A stretch of DNA of 63,891 nucleotides from Acidimicrobiales bacterium (GTDB taxonomy: Bacteria > Actinomycetota > Acidimicrobiia > Acidimicrobiales > JAUJNH01): NCBI GenBank assembly GCA_038253125.1, contig JBBSHM010000006.1:1-63891 (forward strand). The letters run 5' to 3'. Below the pieces are notes generated by a model. It saw nothing but the letters and a program-made list of their open reading frames with translations. It made no database searches and was not told where the DNA came from. This document shows, piece after piece, positions 19,278 through 27,314 of the stretch (position 1 is the stretch's first letter; every line of letters starts with the position of its first letter). The position numbers and the translations under genes were made by a program.

Positions 19278-19937
19278 GTGGGCCTGATTCGCAAGACGGT
19301 GTCGATCAGCACGCTGGGGCTGGTTTCGTTCCGGAGCCGGAAGGAGAAGCTGCGCCAGGCGGTGGCCGAGCGCGAGGAGGCGACGGTCGAGTTGCTGCGC
19401 GAGCACAAGGCCAGGGAGCTGGCCGAGCAGCGGGTGGCGGAGGCCGAGCGGAAAGCTCACGCCGCCGAGCTGCTGGCCCTGAAGGCGGCCGGGGAGGCCG
19501 GCAAGATCAGCCGCAAGCGGGCCAGGGCCGAGCGCGAGCTCGAGGGTCGGGGCCGCCGGGGCCGCCTGGCCAGAAGGCGCCGCCTGAGCCGGGCGGCGGC
19601 GGCCACGACGGCCGCCGTCGCCGCCGGGCGGGCCGCCTCGTCGGTCAGCTCCACGGTCAGCTCGGCCAGCGACCGGATGCGGCCGGGCCTCGAGGAGGCG
19701 GTGGCCAGCGCCGGACGACGGGCCAAGAAGGCCCGGGCCCGGGCCGAGGCCGAGGCCGCCCGGGCCCGCAAGAAGGCTGGCGAGGCCCGCAAGCAGGCCG
19801 AGGCTCAGGCCCGGGCGGCCAAGGCCCGGGCCGAGAAGGAGGCGGGCCGGGCCCGCCGCAAGACGCTCAAGACGGTGGAGGACGCCCAGGCCGCCGCCGA
19901 GGCCGCCGCCCACCGGGTCGACGAGCTCATCGACTGA
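19278..19937 (+). CDS. Hypothetical basic coiled-coil protein
   Basis: GAGGAG RBS plus GTG; MGLIRKTVSISTLGLVSFRS then Ala/Arg/Lys/Glu-rich helices; high GC3. Confidence 0.7.
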   Translation: MGLIRKTVSISTLGLVSFRSRKEKLRQAVAEREEATVELLREHKARELAEQRVAEAERKAHAAELLALKAAGEAGKISRKRARAERELEGRGRRGRLARRRRLSRAAAATTAAVAAGRAASSVSSTVSSASDRMRPGLEEAVASAGRRAKKARARAEAEAARARKKAGEARKQAEAQARAAKARAEKEAGRARRKTLKTVEDAQAAAEAAAHRVDELID

Positions 19938-19945
19938 CCCGGGGG

Positions 19946-20644
19946 TCAGCCGGCCTCGTACACCTGCTCGATCCGTGAGAGCACCCAGTCCTGGGCGCCG
20001 GCCATCACGAGCTGGCGGCAGTAGGCGCAGGTGCCCGAGTCGTCCAGGTCCAGCGGGGCCCCACAGCTCGGGCAGTTCTGACGGGTCATGGAGCCGGGCC
20101 TGGTGGTGGCGAGCGAGGACCGGGTGAAGGTCCAGTCCTCGCTCCACAGCCGCATCACCCGGTCGCCCCGCAGGATCCGGCCGGCTGCCCCGGCCGGATC
20201 GGATTGGGCCACGTCGTAGTCGCGGCTGTAGGCGTGGATCCGCACGGTGATCGAGTCGGAGTCGGCGTCGGTGACGCAGCCGACGATCTGGCGACGGCCG
20301 ATGCGCAAGTCAGAACCGACGTTGCGCCTGCCGGCCGCCGCCATCTCAGCGATCTGGGCGCGGTGCCGCAGCCAGATCCCGTCGGCCATGACCTTGCGCG
20401 ACTCGGCCGGCAGCTGCTCGCACCACGCCCGCTGCACCAGGTCGAACGAGGCGGTGACCCCGCTCAGGAAGCCGGCCTCGTCGAAGGCCGGGTCCCGCTC
20501 ATGGATCCGGTTCAGCGCCGCCTCCACCTCGGGCCGTCGGGGCACCGGCGGCGGCAGACGGGGCAGGTCGGCGCCGGCCCCGGCCGCCCCGATCACGCTG
20601 TTCGTCTCACCCCTGGTCGGCCGCCGGGGGCGCATGATCGCCAT
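19946..20644 (-). CDS. Tim44-like domain protein with C-terminal zinc ribbon
   Basis: RDPAFDEAGFL, VQRAW, ITVRIHA, WSEDWTF, CPSCGAP...CAYC, WVLSRIEQ. Confidence 0.82.
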   Translation of the reverse strand: MAIMRPRRPTRGETNSVIGAAGAGADLPRLPPPVPRRPEVEAALNRIHERDPAFDEAGFLSGVTASFDLVQRAWCEQLPAESRKVMADGIWLRHRAQIAEMAAAGRRNVGSDLRIGRRQIVGCVTDADSDSITVRIHAYSRDYDVAQSDPAGAAGRILRGDRVMRLWSEDWTFTRSSLATTRPGSMTRQNCPSCGAPLDLDDSGTCAYCRQLVMAGAQDWVLSRIEQVYEAG

Positions 20645-21827
20645 CCGCGGGGGCGGCGGGCGCAGTTGACGTGCCGCACTCGGGGCAGAACTTGGCGCCG
20701 GGGAGCAGGTCGGCGTTGCAGTGCCGGCAGGACGCCTTCATCTTGGTGCCGCAGTCGGCGCAGAACTTGGCGTTCGGGTCGTTCGCCGCACCGCAGCTGG
20801 GGCAGGCCACCGTGGGCGGGCCCAGCCTGGTGCCGCAGCCGTGGCAGAACTTGGAGCCCTCGCGGTTCTGCTCGCCGCACTTGGGGCAGGCGGCGGTGGC
20901 CGGTGGCGGCGACGCCGATTGTCCCGCCATGCCCTGCTGGAAAGGCTGGTTGACGGCCCCTCCGAGGCCGAGGCCCATCCCGAGGAAGGCGGTCTGGTTG
21001 GCCGCCCCTCCTTGAGCCAGCCCCTCTCCCGCCCCCTCGAGTACCTGGCCCTGGGCGTACTGCAGGTAGCTCGGGTCGCTGGCCAGGCCGATCATGGCCC
21101 GCTTGGACGCCACCTTGTCGGACAGGTCCTTCAGGCGGGCCTCGTCCTCCTCCTTCAGGTTGATGGTGAAGTCACCGAAGCGGACGAGCTGCATGCCGTT
21201 CTCGGCCAGCGCCGGGTTCAGCTTGGCCATGGTGGCCTCGGTGATCTCACTGGCCTGGGACTTGATGCCGAGGACCGGGAAGCTGTGGTCGAGGATGCCC
21301 TCGCTGACCAGCTCGCCCATGGCGTTCAGGATCTGACGGCCGATGAAGGTGGTGATGACCTCGTTGTCAGGCTGGTCGGCGGTGCCGATGATGGTCTTGA
21401 TGAGCAGGCCGCCGTCGAACACCCGCAGCGAGTAGTCGCCGTAGACCCGGATGGACACCGGCATGTTGAAGTCCGGTTCCTTGATGGTGTCGAAGGGACC
21501 GCCGAAGCGCAGGCCGCGGGTCTCGGCCGTGCGCATGAAGAGCAGCTCGCAGCGGTAGGCGTTGTCGTAGAACAGCCGGTCCAGCAGCACGCCGATCACC
21601 GGCAGCTCCTGGGCGTCCATGGGGTACTGGCCCGGGCCGAGCTGGCCGATCACCTGGCCCGAGCTCACGAACACCGCGCAGTAGCCCTCGGGGATGAAGG
21701 CCTTTGTGTACTTGCGGATCGACTTCTCCGGCCACTTGTAGACGAGCCGGTTGGCCGTGATCATCTCGTCGGGCATGGCGATGCGAAGACCACCGACGTC
21801 CTGCCTGGCTTCCCTGAAGATGCCCAT
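20607..21827 (-). CDS. SPFH (Band_7_1/YdjI-like) protein with three zinc ribbons
   Basis: LVYKWP, GPGQY, LRFGG, IRVYGDYSLRV; CPKC/CHGC, CPSC/CADC, CRHC/CPEC; GGGAGG RBS. Confidence 0.88.
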   Translation of the reverse strand: MGIFREARQDVGGLRIAMPDEMITANRLVYKWPEKSIRKYTKAFIPEGYCAVFVSSGQVIGQLGPGQYPMDAQELPVIGVLLDRLFYDNAYRCELLFMRTAETRGLRFGGPFDTIKEPDFNMPVSIRVYGDYSLRVFDGGLLIKTIIGTADQPDNEVITTFIGRQILNAMGELVSEGILDHSFPVLGIKSQASEITEATMAKLNPALAENGMQLVRFGDFTINLKEEDEARLKDLSDKVASKRAMIGLASDPSYLQYAQGQVLEGAGEGLAQGGAANQTAFLGMGLGLGGAVNQPFQQGMAGQSASPPPATAACPKCGEQNREGSKFCHGCGTRLGPPTVACPSCGAANDPNAKFCADCGTKMKASCRHCNADLLPGAKFCPECGTSTAPAAPADGDHAPPAADQG

Positions 21828-21980
21828 CGTGTGGCCTCCCTGTTCGCAGAGCGCGCGCCGGCTGGGCGCTTCAGCTGCAAAGGGTACCGACCCACCGGCC
21901 CCCCGCGTGCCGCGCTCTACAGGCGGGCCGGTACCGGTGGCTCGTGCGCCTCGCCCATGGCCTGGCGCGAGGGTGGGAGG

Positions 21981-22844
21981 GTGACGGGCGCTCTGCGGCG
22001 GTGGCTGGCGGTTGATGTCGGGGGCACAAAGCTCGACGTCGGGGTGGTCGACGACGACGGCAACGTGCTGGCCCGCCGCCGGGCGCCGACGGCTGCCTCG
22101 GCCGAGGGGGGTGGGGACGCCCTGGCCGCCGAGCTGGTGGCGCTGGGGCGTCAGGTGCTGGCCGATGCCGGCCCGGTCGAGGCGGTGGGTGTCGGCTGCG
22201 GCGGCCCGATGGAGGGCGACCTGGTGTCGCCGCTGAACATCGAGGTGTGGCGGCGCTTCCCGCTGCGGGCCCGCCTCGCGGCCGGGCTCGGCCTCGCTGT
22301 GGCCGTCGACAACGACGCCAAGGCCCTGGCTCTGGGCGAAGGCTGGCTGGGCGCCGCCGTCGGGGTGGCCGACTACCTGGCCATGGTCGTGTCGACCGGC
22401 GTGGGCGGCGGCATCGTGCTGGACGGGCGCCTCCTCGACGGAGCGCTCGGCAACGCCGGCCACATCGGCCACCTCATCGTGGAACCAGGCGGTGCGCTCT
22501 GTGGCTGCGGGGCCCGGGGCTGCCTCGAGGCTGAGTGCTCGGGCCGGCACCTCGAGCGACGGCTGGGCCGGCCGGCGGCCGGGGCGCCGCCCGAGGTGGT
22601 GGAGCGCACCGGCCGCCTGGTCGGCCGGGGGGTGGCGTCGGTGTGCAACCTCCTCGACCTCCGGCTCTGCCTGGTGGCCGGGTCGGTGGCCCTCGGCTTC
22701 GGCGAGCCGTTCTTCGCCGCTGCCCAGGACGAGCTTGCCGCCTGCTCGCGCCTGGTCTTCTCGACCGGCGCCGTCGTCCGCCCCGGCGGCCTCGGCCCCG
22801 ACGGCCCCCTCCTCGGCGCCGCCGCCGTCGCCCGCCGGGGCTGA
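21981..22844 (+). CDS. ROK family sugar kinase
   Basis: DVGGTK, DNDAKALALGE, GVGGG, CGCGARGCLE. Confidence 0.92.
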   Translation: MTGALRRWLAVDVGGTKLDVGVVDDDGNVLARRRAPTAASAEGGGDALAAELVALGRQVLADAGPVEAVGVGCGGPMEGDLVSPLNIEVWRRFPLRARLAAGLGLAVAVDNDAKALALGEGWLGAAVGVADYLAMVVSTGVGGGIVLDGRLLDGALGNAGHIGHLIVEPGGALCGCGARGCLEAECSGRHLERRLGRPAAGAPPEVVERTGRLVGRGVASVCNLLDLRLCLVAGSVALGFGEPFFAAAQDELAACSRLVFSTGAVVRPGGLGPDGPLLGAAAVARRG

Positions 22845-22918
22845 TCCACGAACCGGTTGCCGGTACTTTCGAGGGCGTGGTCGGACCCCCTCCCCGCGGT
22901 GCTGAGGGGTACCGCCCG

Positions 22919-23158
22919 ATGCTGTCGGCGGCCGGCGCCGTGGCCCGTCGGCCGGATCTGTGGCCGGCCGCCTCCCGCCAGGCGTGGCGGCTGGCCCCCA
23001 GACGGTGGTGGTCACGGTGGCCCTTCCTCCCACTGCCCGACCCGGCCTGGCTCCGGTTTCGCCTCGAGACCCAGTACGGCGGGGACGGGAGAGGCCCGGT
23101 GGACCCCGGCCACGTCGTGGCCTTCCTTGAGTGGTGCCGGGTGCAGGACCGGCTGTGA
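22919..23158 (+). CDS. Small Trp-rich hypothetical protein
   Basis: RPDLW...PRRWWSRWPFLPLPDPAWLRFRLETQYG; fills the gap between ROK and the ligase; start uncertain. Confidence 0.6.
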   Translation: MLSAAGAVARRPDLWPAASRQAWRLAPRRWWSRWPFLPLPDPAWLRFRLETQYGGDGRGPVDPGHVVAFLEWCRVQDRL

Positions 23159-23187
23159 GGTCGGGCAGCGGTGGAGCGCTACCGCCC

Positions 23188-23862
23188 GTGAAGCAGGAGT
23201 GGGAGGTGGTCGAGGAGTGCGGGACGGCGACTGAGCTGCACGGCGAGCACCTCCCCATCCCCGACCGCCGGATGGTTCGGGTTGCGTCGGTCGACGGACC
23301 GGCGCTGGTGCTGGGGTCGGGCCAGGTCGCCGGCCGGCTCGACCTGGAGGAGGCGGCGGACCGGGGGGTGGAGGTGGCCCGGCGCCGCAGCGGGGGCGGT
23401 GCCGTCCTGCTGTGGCCGGGGCACCAGGTGTGGCTCGACGTCTGCCTGCCCCGGGGCGATCCGCTGTGGGACGACGACGTCGGCCGTTCGGCCCGCTGGC
23501 TGGGCTCGGCTCTGGCCGCCGCCCTCGTCGGGCTCGGGGCCGCCGATGCCAACCCCCACCCGGGGCCCTTCGAGCCGAGCGCCTGGTCGCACCAGGTCTG
23601 CTTCGCCGGCCGGGCCCCGGGCGAGGTGCTGCTGAGCGGCCGCAAGGTCGTGGGCACCAGCCAGCGCCGGAGTCGGGAGGGGGCGGTCCTGCAGGTGGCC
23701 GTGGCCCTGGTGTGGGCGCCCACCATGCTCGTCGACCTTCTGCACCTGCCCGAGGCGGCGGCGGCGGCGGTGTCCGGCGCCGGTATCGGCCTGGGCGAGG
23801 TCGTGCGCCAGCTTCGGGCGGTCGACGTCGTCGCCGCCGTGGTCGACGCCCTCCCAACCTGA
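23188..23862 (+). CDS. Lipoate-protein ligase A family protein
   Basis: LVLGSGQ, RRRSGGGAV, GRKVVGTSQRR. Confidence 0.85.
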   Translation: MKQEWEVVEECGTATELHGEHLPIPDRRMVRVASVDGPALVLGSGQVAGRLDLEEAADRGVEVARRRSGGGAVLLWPGHQVWLDVCLPRGDPLWDDDVGRSARWLGSALAAALVGLGAADANPHPGPFEPSAWSHQVCFAGRAPGEVLLSGRKVVGTSQRRSREGAVLQVAVALVWAPTMLVDLLHLPEAAAAAVSGAGIGLGEVVRQLRAVDVVAAVVDALPT

Positions 23863-23934
23863 GCCGACGATCGAGATCACAGGCCTCGGAACGAGGGTGG
23901 GGGGGCGCCCTCGGCGTGGGTGGCCGAGGCGCCC

Positions 23935-23960
23935 GTTAGGACCGGACCCGCGGCGGGTAG
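23935..23960 (+). promoter_or_regulatory. Putative SigF/SigB-type stress promoter
   Basis: GTTA-N16-GGGTAG upstream of the stress-type trio. Confidence 0.45.
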
Positions 23961-24111
23961 TGGCTCGGGGTCAGCGTGTCGAGCCGGCGTTGCCCGAGGG
24001 AGCGAAGGCCACCCCATCTGACGCCAAAGGTCTATCAGCGAGCAAGGGGAAGGTGCATCCCGTGGACATGACAGCAGCAGCTGGAGCAGCGCAACCGGAG
24101 GCGGGCGACAC

Positions 24112-25113
24112 ATGACGATGACGATCACCGACCCGATCACCGACCCGATGACTGACCCGATGGCACTGGTGGGCTTCGTCGCCTTTGACCGTGACGGTCA
24201 GGAGCTCGGCCAGATCGAGGGCGTCTACATGGGCGACCAGGAGCCCGAGTGGGCGGCGGTCCTGCTGACCAACGCCTCCTTCGTTGTCGTGCCGCTCGAC
24301 GCGGCCGAGCTATATGAGGACAGCCTCGACCTGCCGTTCACCGCCGCCGAGGTCATGGGCGCACCCCTTCAGCAGGACGATCTCCTGGAGGACCTCACCG
24401 AGGACCAGGAGGACGAGCTGGGCGCTTACTTCAGCAGTGGCGACCGGTCGGGCACCGAGGCGGCCGCCGGGGTTGCCTCCGATGCCAAGGAGCAGGGCCT
24501 GCAGGTGGCGCAGACCGCTGTCGACCAGACCCAGGAGGTGGCCTCCAAGGCGAAGGAGGAAGGCCGCCGGGTGGCCTCGACCGCCGTGGAACAGGGTCAG
24601 GAGGTGCTGCAGTCGACGACGGAACAGGCCGGCGAGGTCGTGGCCACGGCGAAGGAACAGGCGGCGGAGGTGGCGGAGGTGGCGTCGGTCCAGGCCCGCA
24701 ACCTCCTGGAGGAGACCAGGACCCGGCTCGAGGAGCAAACGGTCATCGGCGCCCAGCGCCTCGGTGAGCAGCACCAGCGGCTGGGCACCGAGGCGCTGGC
24801 CCTGTCCGAGGGACGGCCCGACGAGGCGCCCACCATGCAGGTTTACGCCAAGCGGGCGGCCGACACGTTGCTCGACGCCGCCGACCGGGCCTACGGGCTG
24901 TCCGAGGACGTGGAGACCCGGGGGATCGGGAGCGTGCTCGCCGACGTGCAGAGCTTCGCCCGCCGGCGGCCCGGGATGTTCCTGCTCGGCACCGCCGCGC
25001 TGGGCCTGGTGGCCGGCCGGGCCGTACGTGCTTCCCAGGGCGGTGACGAGGATGCCGCGCCCGAGCCGACGGTGCGTCCTCGGCGTGCCGGCACCGGCGC
25101 AGGACGCCGTTGA
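24112..25113 (+). CDS. PRC-barrel domain fused to LEA-like helical stress protein
   Basis: DRDGQELGQIEGVY..EPEWAAV PRC barrel; AKEQ repeats; C-terminal FARRRPGMFLLG helix. Confidence 0.75.
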   Translation: MTMTITDPITDPMTDPMALVGFVAFDRDGQELGQIEGVYMGDQEPEWAAVLLTNASFVVVPLDAAELYEDSLDLPFTAAEVMGAPLQQDDLLEDLTEDQEDELGAYFSSGDRSGTEAAAGVASDAKEQGLQVAQTAVDQTQEVASKAKEEGRRVASTAVEQGQEVLQSTTEQAGEVVATAKEQAAEVAEVASVQARNLLEETRTRLEEQTVIGAQRLGEQHQRLGTEALALSEGRPDEAPTMQVYAKRAADTLLDAADRAYGLSEDVETRGIGSVLADVQSFARRRPGMFLLGTAALGLVAGRAVRASQGGDEDAAPEPTVRPRRAGTGAGRR

Positions 25114-25598
25114 TGGCGGCCACCCGCTCCCGGCCGGACCAGGGCTACATCGACCAGGACAGCGACGCCGGTCAGGACAGCGACGAGCAGCCCCTCGGCC
25201 AGCTCTTCTCCGAGCTGGCCGACAACCTCCAGCAGCTCATGCGCAAGGAGGTCGAGCTGGCCAAGGTCGAGGCCACCGAGCAGGCCAAGCGGGCCAGCAA
25301 GGCCGGCGCCATGTTCGGCGCCGGTGTCACCCTGGGCATCTTCGGGCTGCTGCTGCTGCTGTTCGCCGCCGCCTGGGGCCTGGCCACCGTCATGAACACC
25401 GGCCTGGCCTTCCTCATCGTTTCGATCCTCTGCCTGGTGGTCGCCGGGCTGTGCGCCGTGCTCGGTCGCAAGCGGCTGGCTCAGATCCGGCCGCCTCAGG
25501 AGACCGTGCAGACGATCAAGCAGGACGTGCAGGTGGCCCAGTCGGCGCTGAAGCGTGGGCTGTCAGCCGAGCCGGCCCCAACGTCGAAGGGACGCTGA
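25110..25598 (+). CDS. Actinobacterial holin-X (DUF1469) family membrane protein
   Basis: LGQLFSEL...LMRKEVELAKVE, two TM helices, PQETVQTIKQD. Confidence 0.88.
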   Translation: MMAATRSRPDQGYIDQDSDAGQDSDEQPLGQLFSELADNLQQLMRKEVELAKVEATEQAKRASKAGAMFGAGVTLGIFGLLLLLFAAAWGLATVMNTGLAFLIVSILCLVVAGLCAVLGRKRLAQIRPPQETVQTIKQDVQVAQSALKRGLSAEPAPTSKGR

Positions 25599-25599
25599 C

Positions 25600-26490
25600 A
25601 TGGTTTCGAAGACCGAGGACCTGCGACGTGACATCGAGCAGGCGCGTGACGGCGTCGGCGAGGCTCTGGAGGCCATCGGCGACCGTGTCGCCCCGAAGAA
25701 GGTCGTGGACCGGGCCAAGGAGAACGTGGCGGACAAGGTCGAGGAGGTGCGGGACAAGGTCAGCCCGGGACGGATCGTCAGGAGGAACACCTTGAGCCTG
25801 CGCAACGCCCTCGGCCGGATGGTCGGCGAAGGCGACACCAACAACGTGCACGAGCTCGGCCAGCGGGGCGGGAGCCCCGGAGGGAGACCCAGGGACATGA
25901 CCAGCTCAGCTGACGGACGGGCACGCTCGTCGTCGTCCAAGGTGGGATCGGCGGCCTCCAGCGTCGCTGACGGCGCCCGCTCGGCCCCTCAGGCGGTTCG
26001 TGACCGCGCCGAGGGCAACCCGATGGCGGCCGGCATGTTCGTCCTCGCCGCCGGCTTCTTCGTCGGGTCGCTCCTGCCCCCGACACAGCGCGAGCGTGAG
26101 CTCACCCGCCGGGCGCGCCAGGAGCTGGAGCCGATGAAGGAGCAGCTGTCTCAGACCGGCCGCAGCATCGCCGGCGACCTGCAGCAGACGGCCCAGCAGG
26201 GCCTCGAGCAGGTCAAGGGGACCGCCACCCAGGCGGCCCAGCGGGTCAAGGCCGAGGCTGAGTCCAGGACCGGGACCGTCAAAGCCAAGGCTCAGCAGGC
26301 CTCGGCGGAGGTCAAGGGCGAGACGACGTCGGCCACCGATCGGGTGAAGTCGGGCGCCAAGCGCTCAACCGGCACCGTGAAGGCTCAGGCCAGCCAGGCC
26401 AAGAGCCAGACGAAGGCTTCGGCCCGGGCCGCCAAGGCGTCCACGAAGAAGGCGCCCACCGCCAGGCGCACCGCCGGCACCAGGCCTTAG
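25600..26490 (+). CDS. DUF3618 family protein
   Basis: EDLRRDIEQARDGVGEALEAIGDRVAP; GNPMAAG hydrophobic segment. Confidence 0.85.
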   Translation: MVSKTEDLRRDIEQARDGVGEALEAIGDRVAPKKVVDRAKENVADKVEEVRDKVSPGRIVRRNTLSLRNALGRMVGEGDTNNVHELGQRGGSPGGRPRDMTSSADGRARSSSSKVGSAASSVADGARSAPQAVRDRAEGNPMAAGMFVLAAGFFVGSLLPPTQRERELTRRARQELEPMKEQLSQTGRSIAGDLQQTAQQGLEQVKGTATQAAQRVKAEAESRTGTVKAKAQQASAEVKGETTSATDRVKSGAKRSTGTVKAQASQAKSQTKASARAAKASTKKAPTARRTAGTRP

Positions 26491-26503
26491 AGCACACCTC
26501 ACG

Positions 26504-26539
26504 AAGCGGCCCGACCCGGGAGCGGGGCGGGCCGCTTTG
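26504..26539 (+). terminator. Putative intrinsic terminator
   Basis: AAGCGGCCCG-ACCCG-ggag-CGGGG-CGGGCCGCTT, 13 nt after the DUF3618 stop. Confidence 0.65.
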
Positions 26540-26641
26540 GCGCGCCCGGGCTCAGAGACTCGACCGAGCCTGAACAGTGGTGGTGGGGCGGCAGCTGCCT
26601 GGGCCGTCGCCGGGAGGCGCAAGACGGAGAAAGGTTGGTGC

Positions 26642-26699
26642 GTGGGTGGTGAGTGGGGTAGGGTGGGGAGAAGTGGGGCGCTAGTAGTGCCAAGTGGGA
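26642..26699 (+). promoter_or_regulatory. MraZ-binding direct repeats
   Basis: GTGGGG at 26653, 26663, 26673 (10-bp period); GTGGG also at 26642 and 26694; upstream of mraZ. Confidence 0.8.
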
Positions 26700-26745
26700 C
26701 CTGAGGGGGTTCCGGGGCGTGCCGCGACGGCCAGAGAAGAGACAC

Positions 26746-27180
26746 GTGGACGGGTTCGTCGGCAGGTACGAGCACTCGCTCGACAGCAAGGGGCGCCTCG
26801 TGCTCCCGGCACGCCTGCGACCTCCCTTCGATGCCGCCGGCGGTTACCTGGTGAAGGGGTCCGGGGGCTGCGTGGCGCTGTGGCCGCAGGAGCCCTACCA
26901 GCGGCGGCTGGCCGAGCTGGAGCTGCAGGCCGAGGAGGCGAACAACAGCAAGGCCCGGGCCCGCGTGCGCATCTTCGCATCGGCCGAGCCTGTCACGCCT
27001 GACGTGCAGGGGCGCATCCCGATCGCCCCCTACCTCCAGGCCTTCGCCGGGCTCGACCCGGCCAGGGTGCTGGTTCGGGGGGCCAACAAGGTCGTCGAGC
27101 TGTGGAAGCTCGAGCGTTGGGAGCACATCGAGGCAATGGCCGAGCAGGAGCTGCTCGACGACGAGCCGACGGCATCGTGA
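26746..27180 (+). CDS. mraZ: Division/cell wall cluster repressor MraZ
   Basis: FVGRYEHSLDSKGRLVLPA and a second DVQGRI repeat. Confidence 0.93.
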   Translation: MDGFVGRYEHSLDSKGRLVLPARLRPPFDAAGGYLVKGSGGCVALWPQEPYQRRLAELELQAEEANNSKARARVRIFASAEPVTPDVQGRIPIAPYLQAFAGLDPARVLVRGANKVVELWKLERWEHIEAMAEQELLDDEPTAS

Positions 27181-27252
27181 TCGATGCCGTCGGGACAACG
27201 GGGCTCATGCGCCACCCTCCGGGCCGGCTCGTGGGCACACCCCTCTCCGCAA

Positions 27253-27302
27253 GGGCCTGGCGCGTTCGTCCCGGGGTTTCACCCCGGAGCGCGTCCCGGT
27301 CC
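27253..27302 (+). ncRNA. Possible structured leader (mraW-RNA-like position) before rsmH
   Basis: Hairpin CCGGGGT-ttc-ACCCCGG (27271-27287) extended by CGCGTT/AGCGCG. Confidence 0.3.
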
Positions 27303-27314
27303 GGGGAGTGGCAC

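Noticed and set aside
20607-23726. 1039-aa ORF as a giant fusion protein
   Set aside because: The N-terminal 630 codons are the antisense shadow of the ROK and ligase genes; the real start with RBS is at 21827
25110-25598. Holin as evidence of a prophage
   Set aside because: Holin-X/DUF1469 is a chromosomal stress-operon family, and no phage structural, lysis or integrase genes are present
26504-26539. Hairpin as a third copy of the 33-bp repeat family (shares GCGGCCC...GGAGCGGG)
   Set aside because: Needs gaps to align and is adequately explained as a terminator; kept only as a possibility
27236-27251. Exact 16-mer CACACCCCTCTCCGCA shared with 51701-51716
   Set aside because: Isolated 16-mer matches are expected by chance in 64 kb at this GC level; the flanks do not align, and the second copy is explained as the M23 gene's RBS region
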